Shown piece by piece: positions 28,979-39,419 of a DNA stretch of 64,000 nucleotides. The notes below the pieces were generated by a model. That model did no database searches, was not told the origin of the DNA, and was given only the letters and a program-made list of their open reading frames with translations. Origin of the DNA: Promethearchaeia archaeon (lineage in GTDB: Archaea; Asgardarchaeota; Lokiarchaeia; Sigyniarchaeales; SOKP01). Positions within the stretch are counted from its first letter, which is position 1. Every line of letters starts with the position of its first letter. A program made the position numbers and the translations under genes. The stretch lies in NCBI GenBank assembly GCA_046483985.1, contig JAWOCD010000039.1:45054-109053 (forward strand), in the 5' to 3' direction.

Positions 28979-30088
28979 TTAAGTTATCCGAATGGTCTGA
29001 TCGCATTTTTGATTAATCACATCCTCACCGATATCAGCAACTCGCTCGGCTAATTCGGTGATTTTCCAATGTTCATATCCCTTTACATAGGTATTAAATC
29101 TGTTTTGGAGAGGTGATTTCCATTTATTTGGAATCTCTTGATCTCCTAATTTTGCTCCCAGTAATGCTCCAATATTTCCGCAATTACAATCCGTATCTAA
29201 GCCCATCATGGCTGCTATGCAGACACTCCTACCTAACGGATCTTCCGTGTCCTTAGAACCGTACAAGAGCGATAATATAATTATCCCGATATTTGGGAGA
29301 ACATGCACGCCTGAGATGATTCTGTTTAAAAATTTAATTCGCCGATTGCTCAAAAGTGATAACCCTTGTTTCAGCTTGGTTTTTCTGACTTGATGCCAAT
29401 AATTAATTAATTCCTTCCTTGCATCACGAAAATTTTCGGGATATTTTTTATATATCTTTTGGGCCTTTAACACCATTTGAGTAAATAGACTTTCCTCGGC
29501 CGAGGGTAAATATTCTAGGGACTTTTCTATATTTTTCCGTATATCATCAATAAAAAAGGCGTGTGAAATCATAACCGCAATATATACCTCTCCTTGTATC
29601 CCTATGCCAGTATGGGAAATGCTTCCATCCATTTCGGCATATTTTTTCGCCATTTCTGGACAACCTGGTGTTATTTGTCCCCAGATATCAGCTCGCATTT
29701 GCGCGCCAATTGCATCATAATAATAATTTTCATGAGTGCCTGATTCTGGGGGCCATAATTCCTCTTCTCGTAAATTTTTTAAGGTAATCTTTTCTGCGGT
29801 GAAATTTTGCTTATATAATCGATTTTTCCAAACCTTTGCTATTTCTTTTGCCGTAAGATCGGGACCATACTCTTCTAACGCTATTAAGGCGCAGATCTCA
29901 TACATCTCATCATCGTTGACATAGTCGTGGTCTATTTCTTTTGGGTAATATTTGAGTTCCCCGTATTTCCTTTTAATATAGCAATAAGGACGGAACTCCA
30001 AGGGATATCCTACAAAATCGCCAATAATTCTGCCGTACCATGAACCTAAAACTCGATGTGTATAATTTTCAAAGGAAATCTCTTTCAT
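28979..30088 (-). CDS. ADP-ribosylglycohydrolase family protein
   Basis: IGDFVG.PLE, NDD, IGAQMRAD, GLDTDCN. Confidence 0.88.
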   Translation of the reverse strand: MKEISFENYTHRVLGSWYGRIIGDFVGYPLEFRPYCYIKRKYGELKYYPKEIDHDYVNDDEMYEICALIALEEYGPDLTAKEIAKVWKNRLYKQNFTAEKITLKNLREEELWPPESGTHENYYYDAIGAQMRADIWGQITPGCPEMAKKYAEMDGSISHTGIGIQGEVYIAVMISHAFFIDDIRKNIEKSLEYLPSAEESLFTQMVLKAQKIYKKYPENFRDARKELINYWHQVRKTKLKQGLSLLSNRRIKFLNRIISGVHVLPNIGIIILSLLYGSKDTEDPLGRSVCIAAMMGLDTDCNCGNIGALLGAKLGDQEIPNKWKSPLQNRFNTYVKGYEHWKITELAERVADIGEDVINQKCDQTIRIT

Positions 30089-30181
30089 AATTACAAAATA
30101 AACAATAATTTTTATAAAAATAAACTAAAAAATAGTTGATAATTGAAGTCGAAAATTCCCCGTTAAATTTTGGGATTTAGT

Positions 30182-30472
30182 TTACCCGGTAAAATCTGCT
30201 CTGGAACCCATTAATGTGGTGGTATCTTCGATCCATTGTCCCATATCTTCATCGACTCGGCAATATGTTACGATTTTATCCAAATCTTGTAATTTTGTGA
30301 ATCGACATTCGACGATTAAGTCCCAACCCCCATATACGGGAGTTGCATAGTCTACTTGCCATTCTTCTCCTTCCTCGGTTGATTTAAGCCCACGAAGTTT
30401 ATCGACAATGTCCCATTCTTTCCCAATTGTTCGCAGCCGGATTAAAATATAGCCTCTATAGTAAGAAGTCAA
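30182..30472 (-). CDS. Stand-alone Lrp/AsnC ligand-binding (RAM) domain protein
   Basis: GYILI..GKEWDIV..VYGGWDLIV..DTTTL pattern. Confidence 0.75.
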   Translation of the reverse strand: MTSYYRGYILIRLRTIGKEWDIVDKLRGLKSTEEGEEWQVDYATPVYGGWDLIVECRFTKLQDLDKIVTYCRVDEDMGQWIEDTTTLMGSRADFTG

Positions 30473-31063
30473 CTTTATTTACACCTTATGAGTATTATTT
30501 ATAATTCCTTATTATATCCTAATTAAGGAATATATTTAATGTGATTTATTTATAGTTTGTTATGCCATAGGAACTTTTTTCATTACATTTTCAAGTTTTA
30601 ATTTTTCAATAAATCTACTTTGTTAAAGTTAATTCTCGTATTAAATTTTTTCAAAGATCTGATGACCAGAGAAATTTGAAACAAGACTATGCCTATCTTG
30701 ACGGATTTCATTTTTCTGGAGTAGGGTATAATAAAATGTTGGAAGTCCTCTTTCAAAATGTAATAAGGAGAATCATCCAAGAATCTTAATTTGACTCAAA
30801 TTTGAGTTAAAAGAGTCTTCTCTGAATTTTTTGGAGTTCCATAAACTTAAATTTGGCTTAGGTTTTACGAAAGGATTTTCACTTCTCTCCTTTTTAGCTT
30901 TATCGGTTATTCCGGAAATCTGATTAACAGATAAAGGATTGATTGATTTAACGGATGATTTATCCCAGCGTGTTGAATATGAAAACTTGCAATAAAATAT
31001 TTTTAAATTTTAATATTAATTATTAATATTGATAATTAATTAAATTAGAAATGTGAAACATAA

Positions 31064-31762
31064 ATGGCTACTAAGATTAGATCTCTTGGAAATGCTTGTC
31101 TGGAGTTGATTGATAAAGATGATCACTTGATTTTTAATCCTAACTACATTATTTCCCCCGAAAAGGGGATAAATCACCTTTTTCTCACGGACATTGATCC
31201 CAACCACCTCAACCTTGAAAAAATAAATGAAATCAAGAAAAAGTTTTCCAGAAGAATTGAATTAAACGAAGAAGCGGAGGATGAGGACGAAGAAGCGGAA
31301 GAAGAGGAGGATGAAATGGAATTGGATCTAATTATCTATGGACCTGAAACCGTTAAAAAAGAAACCGAACTGGAAATTGAGGTTCTAAAAAGGAATAAAG
31401 AAATAATAAAATTAAAAGATTTTCAAGTAGAAGCCCATCAAGTAGAATGTTTTAATACCGAGGCTTGTATCTCTTATATCATAAGAAGAGGTGATATTAC
31501 AATCTTGTTTTCTGGTAATACGTCAAAATTTTCAAAAAACCTTAGACAATTAAATGAAAAAATAGATTACTGTTTTATTCCCAGTATCGAAGAATTTTTT
31601 GATCATTATCTGGATTTTATTAAAGAAGTATCTCCCAGAGTGATCTTCCCGCATCATTTTAAAACAGGAGAAGAAGAAAAAGCAAAAAATCTTGTTAAAA
31701 TTATTAGAGAAGAAGGCTTTGAAGCGCAATTTTTAGAAATAGGTGACGAATTCGAATTTTAG
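31064..31762 (+). CDS. Metallo-beta-lactamase-fold protein with degenerate metal site and acidic insert
   Basis: KIRSLGNACLEL start, ILFSGNT, PRVIFPHH, LEIGDEFE fit UPF0173-like MBLs; HxHxDH replaced by DIDPNH. Confidence 0.72.
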   Translation: MATKIRSLGNACLELIDKDDHLIFNPNYIISPEKGINHLFLTDIDPNHLNLEKINEIKKKFSRRIELNEEAEDEDEEAEEEEDEMELDLIIYGPETVKKETELEIEVLKRNKEIIKLKDFQVEAHQVECFNTEACISYIIRRGDITILFSGNTSKFSKNLRQLNEKIDYCFIPSIEEFFDHYLDFIKEVSPRVIFPHHFKTGEEEKAKNLVKIIREEGFEAQFLEIGDEFEF

Positions 31763-31785
31763 TTTTCTCTTATTTTATGTATTAT

Positions 31786-32667
31786 TTAATAATCCTCTTC
31801 ATCAGAAATTAATAATTGCTTTTCCGGGTTTTCATTTTTTTTCTTGTCACTTCCTACTCTTTGTATAAGCGTGGGGGTTCTGATTTCCACGCCGTAGTTT
31901 TTACATGAAAGAAAGACCGCTTTTCGTAAATCATAATCAAAATTTGGGATAATTTTGCTGTTGTTAATATAGACCAGGAGACGGTAGATGATGGCATAGT
32001 CATCAAATTCATATAGTTCGACTCTCGGTTCGGGGAATTGTAGGATATTATTAAATCCTTCCGCCGCTTCTAATAAAGCCTTTTCTACTTTGTCGGGATC
32101 CGTATCATAATCCGCTGTTATTTTCACTTCTCTACGGAGCACTTTATTTTTTCCGTAATTTTCAATCTCTTTCTTTAGCATTTTCTGATTTGGAACCGTT
32201 ATGGTGACTCCATTAATATCTTCTAAGATGGTAAACATTAATTTTATTTTAATAATGTCGGCTAATTTTCCGATAAACATGATCCTATCTCCCACTTCAA
32301 AGGGTTTGCCGGTCATTATGATAAGTCCCGCGATGAGATTACCGAGCGTATTAATCGAAGCAAAACCTATAATTGTTCCTCCCGCAGCCGTCAAAATACC
32401 AGCTAGAAATCCGAAAGTCTCGCCAAATTGAATGGATATAACTATAAAATCTATAGTGATAATTAATATTTGTATTAAGCTTATAAGATTTTTAGCTGTA
32501 TTCTTGATAATAAATCCTTTTTTTGCTAACCGCTGAATACTGTTCTTGATTATAAGATAAATTACATAACTAATTAAAAGAGTGGCAATTGAGACTCCAA
32601 ATGGTAAAATATTAATTGTGAACCAATCAGCTATGTCTTCCAAAATTGTTTGTGCTAAAATCTTCAA
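31786..32667 (-). CDS. Small-conductance mechanosensitive channel (MscS family)
   Basis: Three TM helices, LGNLIAGL, KPFEVGDRI, VPN. Confidence 0.9.
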   Translation of the reverse strand: MKILAQTILEDIADWFTINILPFGVSIATLLISYVIYLIIKNSIQRLAKKGFIIKNTAKNLISLIQILIITIDFIVISIQFGETFGFLAGILTAAGGTIIGFASINTLGNLIAGLIIMTGKPFEVGDRIMFIGKLADIIKIKLMFTILEDINGVTITVPNQKMLKKEIENYGKNKVLRREVKITADYDTDPDKVEKALLEAAEGFNNILQFPEPRVELYEFDDYAIIYRLLVYINNSKIIPNFDYDLRKAVFLSCKNYGVEIRTPTLIQRVGSDKKKNENPEKQLLISDEEDY

Positions 32668-33059
32668 TCAACTCTTTTTTGATAAAACTTATATTAAAAA
32701 ATATACTAAATTTTCCTTTGGTCAAAATTATGGGGTTCTGAAATTTGGAGTTTTTGGAATTCGTAACCGCACATTGGACATTTTAGATTTTTGCCGTGCT
32801 GTAAATCGGGAGATTTGATTTTTATTTTACACGGGTAACCACACGCAGGGCACGTAACGGTCAAATGATTCTTATTTTTTTCCATTTTACTTCTTAAATA
32901 TGAAATATTATTTCCTAAATTTAATTTTGATCATTAAATTCTAAAAAGAGATAATAGAGCATAAGCCCGGGATCTTATTTTTAAAAGTGTAATTTTTAAA
33001 TATTTGAAAAAAATCATCAATTAAGTGTACAGAAATAATTGCAATCATTGGTGAGATAA

Positions 33060-33200
33060 ATGTCAACGAAAGATTTAACATTGTTAAAAGATATTGGTGT
33101 GAAAGAAGTTGAAAAATTAGAAACCATAGAGGTAAAAACGATAGAAAAACTGGCAAATGCAAATCCAGATGACCTTATTGCAGTAAATCTAAATTGTTGA
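33060..33200 (+). pseudogene. Truncated helix-hairpin-helix domain gene
   Basis: GGTGAG upstream; MSTKDLTLLKDIGVKEVEKLETIEVKTIEKLANANPDDL resembles RadA-N-type HhH; stops after 46 aa. Confidence 0.55.
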
Positions 33201-33408
33201 GATATTGTTCTAAATACGGCACAAAACCTTCTGGAATAAAGAACAAAAGTGATTCGAATTGATCTTTGTTAAGTTTTACCTTTTTTTGGTCTGTGAGAAG
33301 ATTCAACATCTTGAGTACATCCGCTTCGTCCACTTCCAAGATGGATGCAATTTCTTCACTTTCAAAATTTCCTTTTTTTGACAGCATTAGTAATATGCTA
33401 TTCTTCAT
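33175..33408 (-). CDS. Short winged-helix-like protein, possibly a fragment
   Basis: SEEIASILEVDEADVLKMLNLL HTH-like pattern; overlaps the converging HhH fragment. Confidence 0.4.
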   Translation of the reverse strand: MKNSILLMLSKKGNFESEEIASILEVDEADVLKMLNLLTDQKKVKLNKDQFESLLFFIPEGFVPYLEQYLNNLDLLQ

Positions 33409-33512
33409 TACAAATCGGATTTAAAGAATGTGATTTATTCACAATCAAATAATTTGAAGTATTATTCTAAATTATATGCTTATGTAGTTTTTAAAAAAGG
33501 TTGTTTGATTAT

Positions 33513-35273
33513 ATGGATAATGAAGAAATTGAGAAGATACTCTGGATTAATGGTCTAAAAAACGCATTCGAATTTGAAGGAGAAGCCGATAAAAATTCGG
33601 TGATGGGGAAATTAATGGCGGAAAGAGAGGATTTACGACCACAAGCTAAGAAAATACTCCCTCTTTTAGACCGAATCATTCAAGAGATTAATGAATTATC
33701 TGTGGAAGAACAAAAAAAGAGACTATTGGAATTAGACCCTTCTGCGTTGGAAGAGGAGGAGTCCACGGAAGAAGATAAAGAATTACCTGAACTTCCGAAT
33801 GTAGATAAATATGATAAAATCGTAATGCGCTTAGCACCGTATCCCAGTGGAGCCCTTCATATCGGAAATGCCCGTATGATCGTCTTAAATAATCGATATG
33901 TCGAAAAATACGCTGGAGAATTGATTTTGTTCTTTGACGACACCATTGGAAGTCCAAAATCTCTTAGAGATAACCCAAGAGCGAAATATGTGTTGCCCGA
34001 ATCATACGAGATGATAAAAGAGGGTTTGGATTGGTTAGGCGTTAAATATTCAAAAGTGTATTATAAAAGCGACCGGTTGGAACGGTTTTATGAGTATTGC
34101 GAACGTTTAATAAAAGATGGAATGGCTTATGTCTGTAAATGCTCTGCCGGGGAATTCCGTGAAAAATACAAAAAACAAAAGAAAGAATGCCCCCATCGTG
34201 ATTTCTCCATTGAAAAGAACTTGAAAGAATGGAAAAAAATGCTCGATGGCACTTATGAAGAGATGGAAGCAGTAGTGAGGCTGAAAACGGGGATGGATCA
34301 AAAGGATCCCGCCTTACGAGACCAAATCATTATGAGAATTTCCGAAGCAGAACATCCACGCGTTGGCGCAAAATATCGTGTGTGGCCAATGCTGGAATTC
34401 TCTTGGGCAATCGATGATCATCTCATTGGGGTGACGCATATCTTACGTGGATCTGATTTGATAAAGGAAGATTTTATCGAGGAATTTGTTTGGGACCATT
34501 TTGGTTGGAAAAAAGCAGAATTCTTGCATTACGGAAGAATAAATTTTCCAAATATGAAATTAAGTAAGACCACTACTCGCAACAAAATACAGAAAGGGAA
34601 ATATGAGGGGTGGGACGACCCGAGAACATGGTCTTTACAATCACTTCGAAAACGGGGCATCCGTCCTAAGGCATTGGAAGAAGCACTCTTAGACTTAGGA
34701 ATGTCTCTTTCAGGGGTGACATTTTCTGTGAACTGGCTATATTCAAAAAACCAAGATATCATTGATAATATTTCTAATCGCTATTTTTATGTTGAGGACC
34801 CGATTTGTTTAATCATTGAAAATGTGCCTTTTGAAAGTATTATTGCAGAGCCTTTATTATTGCCCACAAAACCGGAAAAAGGGCGAAGAACAATCAAGGT
34901 AGAAGCCACTGAGGGTAAAACAAAAGTTTGGATTCCACGCAAGGACGCTCAAAAGTTCGAAAAAGGATTAATTGTTCGCCTAAAGGATTTAATAAATTTT
35001 AAAGTGCTATTAGTCAACTTAGATGAGAATGTAATCAGAGGGACATTTCATAGCGAGGGATTAAACCGAGAATATAAGATTATTCATTGGGTGCCATATA
35101 ATAAAAATTTACCCGTTATAGTGATAAAACCAGACGGATCGAGGAAAAAAGGCTATGGAGAGATGAACTTAAAGGAGGTCCCGCTCAAAGAGTCAATTCA
35201 GTTTGAACGATATGGCTTTGTTAATCCCTACAGATTTAAAGAGGATAAGTTAATCTGTTATTTCACCCATTAA
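33513..35273 (+). CDS. gltX: Glutamyl-tRNA synthetase (archaeal type)
   Basis: RLAPYPSGALHIGN, THILRG, KLSK, WDDPR, QFERYGF. Confidence 0.96.
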   Translation: MDNEEIEKILWINGLKNAFEFEGEADKNSVMGKLMAEREDLRPQAKKILPLLDRIIQEINELSVEEQKKRLLELDPSALEEEESTEEDKELPELPNVDKYDKIVMRLAPYPSGALHIGNARMIVLNNRYVEKYAGELILFFDDTIGSPKSLRDNPRAKYVLPESYEMIKEGLDWLGVKYSKVYYKSDRLERFYEYCERLIKDGMAYVCKCSAGEFREKYKKQKKECPHRDFSIEKNLKEWKKMLDGTYEEMEAVVRLKTGMDQKDPALRDQIIMRISEAEHPRVGAKYRVWPMLEFSWAIDDHLIGVTHILRGSDLIKEDFIEEFVWDHFGWKKAEFLHYGRINFPNMKLSKTTTRNKIQKGKYEGWDDPRTWSLQSLRKRGIRPKALEEALLDLGMSLSGVTFSVNWLYSKNQDIIDNISNRYFYVEDPICLIIENVPFESIIAEPLLLPTKPEKGRRTIKVEATEGKTKVWIPRKDAQKFEKGLIVRLKDLINFKVLLVNLDENVIRGTFHSEGLNREYKIIHWVPYNKNLPVIVIKPDGSRKKGYGEMNLKEVPLKESIQFERYGFVNPYRFKEDKLICYFTH

Positions 35274-35342
35274 TTAAACCATCTCTTTTTTCCATATTTG
35301 ATAATTTTTAAATAACGACAAATCAAAATATTTTGATAAGAT

Positions 35343-37274
35343 TTGCTTACATTCATCCTTTTATTAAATAAAGAAAATTATATTTTATTTAACAAAGAAA
35401 ACGAAAAAATAACATATTGGAGACTTTTTAGTTTGGTTTCTCATTTACCTTGTATTAAATGTGGATCAAAATTAAGTATTGTAGAGGGTTCTTTAGTTAA
35501 TTGTTTCAGTTGTGGTACCAAAAATACCTATAGTGAATCTTTAGATTTACTGAATAATTACCTTATGGAAATCTTAACTATATCCTCTATTAAAAAAATA
35601 GAAAAAGAAGAGATTACCGATAAAATAATCCAGTTAAGAAAAAAGTCATTAGAGATATACTTTCATGAATTGAATTCTAAATATTATGGGTGTAAAAATT
35701 TAATAAAATCTAAGCTCGATAAGGAAGATATTGAAAAGGATAAATTATTGGAATTAATTCGAGCATGTGGAACCTTTAATCTTATTATTTCTCAATATTT
35801 ACTGCCCCATTTAGAGAATGGAGTTTCAAAGAGAAGATTTGAAGATATGGAAATATTTTCTTATATTTTTCATAAAGCGCTCTTAGGCCTTTATTTTACT
35901 GCAGAAGCAAGAACGAACTTCGAATATGAGCGATGTAAAGAAAATTATAATTACGCAAAACGGAATTATAAGGAAGGAGAGGAATTTTTATCCAGTAAAC
36001 TTGGCGATCAAGAGCAGTCAGAATTCAAAAGGTATTCTATGTTATTTTCGATTCTTTCACAATTAACAGAGATATTGAAAACTATTTTAAATGAAAATCC
36101 GAGCTATTATACTGAAGATTTAGAAAATTTGATTAGTCAAATTGATTCTATTAAGGAAAAAAATATTCAGATTTCCAATTTACGTTCTCAAATTAACGAA
36201 ATTTATAATCTTGTAAGGGAAGCTCCCTTAATTCTAGAGGAAATAAGAGTTGCAGATATATTTTCTCTTTTAGACCCACTTGATGACAACCTCGTTTATC
36301 AATCACAAGAAGTATTAGAAAAAGTGGAAAGAATCAAAAATTGGATTGAAGATTCCACAGATCGATATCAAGATATCCAAAAAAAGCTCCTTAGCCTTCA
36401 TTCTGGAAAGTTTATCAAATATCTTAAAACATACCGTCAAGAATTTGATACTCGAAGAAATAACAACATAGAACAGTTTGATGAGCTCTTAGATAAGGTC
36501 ATCAGCCGATCAATTGGGGATTATAATATGGAAACCATTGAAATTTTGGATATTTTATCTGACTTTATCCAGAAATCCGATGCGTCAGAAGAGTCGATTA
36601 TTAAGAGATTTGAAATTGAGCATGATGATTTGGTAAAGTTTGATGAAACTCTAAAAAATTTGGTCATTGAGTTATTTAAAAAATCTTATCGCACAGATCT
36701 GGAATCGGAATATTATAAAGACTTAATATCAATGATTTCTGATAAACATTCCGAGTTTGACAGGTATATATTAAAATTTATAAATTCTTTATTACGTCAA
36801 TTTGAGAAAAACCGAAATGAGGAGAAACTATCAATTGAGGAACAGAGAAATCGCTTTGTAGTTGATTTACGACCCAAAGTGATGAAATGTATCAATGCAA
36901 GTTTCACGCTTGATGAGAGTTTGATTCCGTATCCTCTTTTTTTGGAATTAATTATTTTATCAAGACAACTTACCGTTGGCGAACCCGAAAAGATCACTTT
37001 GCTGATGGAAAATCCCAGCTCGACAGATTTTAAGAATGTAAATATCACATTTTTTGCTCCTAATTCGTTTAAATCCAGATTGCGATTTGCCCAAATGAAA
37101 AAAATTAAAGCTAATGAAGGTGTAAAAGTCGAAACGGAGGTTGTCCCTACGGAGAAAGGAGTATATCATTTCATGGCAATGGTGGAATATACTACGAAAT
37201 CAACAAATGAAATGTTTTGGATGCCCTCCATCAAAATTGAATTAGAAGTAGAGGATACATTGCAACTCTCTTAA
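35343..37274 (+). CDS. Large protein: N-terminal zinc ribbon, helical core, C-terminal Ig-like domain
   Basis: CIKCG..CFSCG; long amphipathic helices; beta-rich tail LTVGEPEKITLLMENP; likely TTG start at 35433. Confidence 0.75.
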   Translation: MLTFILLLNKENYILFNKENEKITYWRLFSLVSHLPCIKCGSKLSIVEGSLVNCFSCGTKNTYSESLDLLNNYLMEILTISSIKKIEKEEITDKIIQLRKKSLEIYFHELNSKYYGCKNLIKSKLDKEDIEKDKLLELIRACGTFNLIISQYLLPHLENGVSKRRFEDMEIFSYIFHKALLGLYFTAEARTNFEYERCKENYNYAKRNYKEGEEFLSSKLGDQEQSEFKRYSMLFSILSQLTEILKTILNENPSYYTEDLENLISQIDSIKEKNIQISNLRSQINEIYNLVREAPLILEEIRVADIFSLLDPLDDNLVYQSQEVLEKVERIKNWIEDSTDRYQDIQKKLLSLHSGKFIKYLKTYRQEFDTRRNNNIEQFDELLDKVISRSIGDYNMETIEILDILSDFIQKSDASEESIIKRFEIEHDDLVKFDETLKNLVIELFKKSYRTDLESEYYKDLISMISDKHSEFDRYILKFINSLLRQFEKNRNEEKLSIEEQRNRFVVDLRPKVMKCINASFTLDESLIPYPLFLELIILSRQLTVGEPEKITLLMENPSSTDFKNVNITFFAPNSFKSRLRFAQMKKIKANEGVKVETEVVPTEKGVYHFMAMVEYTTKSTNEMFWMPSIKIELEVEDTLQLS

Positions 37275-37342
37275 ATTAGAATTTATTTATAAAAGGAAAT
37301 CTAAAATTATTAGTATTTGAATTGATTCTCAATATTTAGAAT

Positions 37343-38524
37343 ATGAATCAAAATAAGGACGACAATTTAGGAAAAAAATCTCCCGAACAGAGTAAGAAAG
37401 ATGTGGTGGGAGAGAAAGTGGAAGAGAAGTGGGAGTTCTGCCCGAATTGTGGTGCAAAATTACCTAAAATAGAGAATCTCCGATTCTGTATCAACTGCGG
37501 AACGGATCTTCAATATATTAAAAACCATAAAAAAGTTCCAGCAGCAGGTCCAAAAAATCCCTATAAGAACGCTCAAGAGCATCCACAAACTCAAAAGTAT
37601 GTCCCCTCCCAACAATATTCACAACCTCAATCTTATATCTATGACTATTCTGAACGACAAGAAAAAATTGAGGAAGAAAATATTGAGACGACAGATAAGA
37701 AATTATGGGGGATCAGCGCGTCTATCGGAATCCCGCTCTTAGCATTTATTGTTATGAATCTTGCGGTCGTGGGGGTTATGGTAATTGTTACACTCTTTAT
37801 ATATGATTTGGAAGTATTATATAATCTATTAACCAGCCCTATTTTTATTATCTGCACGAGTATCGTGGAACTTATTCTCATTATTTTCCCGCTCTATTAT
37901 GCTGGGAATTATTTAAAGAATCCAACATTGACCAATCGGTTCAGATTGTTAGGACTCTCCACAAAGAGGTTGGCTAATATTGGAATTGTAAAAGAGTTGG
38001 CGATTGGATTATTTTTTGCAGTAGTAGGAATCTTTTTAGTTGGATTTGTCTCACTCGCCACTGAATATCTCTTAGAGATCTTTTTTGATATTCAAATTGT
38101 TGCTGCGGAGGAGGTTCCAACAAATGATATTGATCTCGTCATATCCTCTGCGGATCTTTTTACAATTATTCTGTTAGCTGTAATAATGATTGGAGTTGTG
38201 GGACCGTCTGAGGAGATTCTATTTCGTGGTTTTATGCAAAAAGGATTAGTGAAACAATTAGGAGATAAGGCAGGAGTTCTTATTACAGCCTTTATTTTTG
38301 CCCTTATTCATCTTATCACTTTGGTATTTATGCCGATGTCCTCTCCGTTTACATTTTTTATTCTCTTTATTTTAATGTTTATGCCTTATTTCGCCATTTC
38401 GCTTATGCTAGGCTTGATATTTCGGTGGAGAGACCAAAACCTCATCGCTGTTATAATCTGTCATGGACTCTACAATTCCTTTACCGTTATATTTGCATTT
38501 ATTTTCTCTGGTCTACTTATTTAA
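37343..38524 (+). CDS. Zinc-ribbon plus CPBP (type II CAAX) intramembrane protease
   Basis: CPNCG..CINCG; EEILFRG, FALIH, HGLYN. Confidence 0.9.
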   Translation: MNQNKDDNLGKKSPEQSKKDVVGEKVEEKWEFCPNCGAKLPKIENLRFCINCGTDLQYIKNHKKVPAAGPKNPYKNAQEHPQTQKYVPSQQYSQPQSYIYDYSERQEKIEEENIETTDKKLWGISASIGIPLLAFIVMNLAVVGVMVIVTLFIYDLEVLYNLLTSPIFIICTSIVELILIIFPLYYAGNYLKNPTLTNRFRLLGLSTKRLANIGIVKELAIGLFFAVVGIFLVGFVSLATEYLLEIFFDIQIVAAEEVPTNDIDLVISSADLFTIILLAVIMIGVVGPSEEILFRGFMQKGLVKQLGDKAGVLITAFIFALIHLITLVFMPMSSPFTFFILFILMFMPYFAISLMLGLIFRWRDQNLIAVIICHGLYNSFTVIFAFIFSGLLI

Positions 38525-38541
38525 CAATAGTTGGTGATATT

Positions 38542-39408
38542 ATGACACTCTATAAAAAATATAAAAAATTTGCAAAGAAAAAGGGCAAGGCTAAAATGAT
38601 AGGCATTGGTGCCGGAACAAACCACGAACAAAATGTCAAGCTTTTAACAGCCATTAATGAATTTATCAATGAATTTAATTCCAACGTCTCAATTTTTGGT
38701 ACTCAAGAGGCTTATAATGATCTAACCAACAAAAAGAAGTTATACTCGAAGAATGAAGAAAAAATCTCCATAATTGCTGATGAAAATCCCGAGAAAAAAA
38801 TACTTTCTAACGTGAATGAGAAGAAAATCGCTGGGGCAATTCGAGGGGGACTTCCATCTCACACATTTCTCGAAGTTTTAAAACATCTCTATCAAATGCA
38901 GGAAACATATCGTTTAGCATTGTTGGAAACCAATGATGGATACGATTTCTTCTATGGTCCGGTAGGTATTGATGAATGCGGTACGTTTAAAGAAAAAAAG
39001 GATTACATAACTTATTCCTTTGTGGAATTTAATAAAATTGATATTTCTCCCAATATTAGCGTGTTAAGCGGTGGAAGGAAAATGGATGTGGGGAGAGATC
39101 AAACGGTGGATAAGAGTTTACAAACGGCTGAGAATTTGGTAAGTTATTTCCAAAAAGAATCTCCTGACTTGGAAATTTATCACGATGAGATATTGATTGA
39201 AAAGGCGGTTCAAAGGCAATCAAATTTGATAATTGCTCCTGAGGGAATTTCGGGAAATTTAATTTACCGAACCTTGGTGCATTTAGGGGGAGGAAAAGCT
39301 TATGGAGCAATCTATATGGGTCTTGACGATGTTATTATTGACACTTCCAGAGTGGGTGCGAAATCTGAAATCTACGGAGCATTAGTATTAGCTTTAGCCT
39401 TATCTTGA
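38542..39408 (+). CDS. Methanogenesis marker 4 / MtxX family protein
   Basis: AIRG, PVGIDE, LSGGR..DVGR, GISGNLIYRTL, IDTSR; ATG at 38542 preferred over the track start, which overlaps the upstream gene. Confidence 0.85.
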   Translation: MTLYKKYKKFAKKKGKAKMIGIGAGTNHEQNVKLLTAINEFINEFNSNVSIFGTQEAYNDLTNKKKLYSKNEEKISIIADENPEKKILSNVNEKKIAGAIRGGLPSHTFLEVLKHLYQMQETYRLALLETNDGYDFFYGPVGIDECGTFKEKKDYITYSFVEFNKIDISPNISVLSGGRKMDVGRDQTVDKSLQTAENLVSYFQKESPDLEIYHDEILIEKAVQRQSNLIIAPEGISGNLIYRTLVHLGGGKAYGAIYMGLDDVIIDTSRVGAKSEIYGALVLALALS

Positions 39409-39419
39409 AAAAAATCTTC

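Noticed and set aside
38425-38541. N-terminal extension of the MtxX ORF in the track
   Set aside because: Overlaps the CPBP gene; ATG 38542 has a GGTGA ribosome-binding site.
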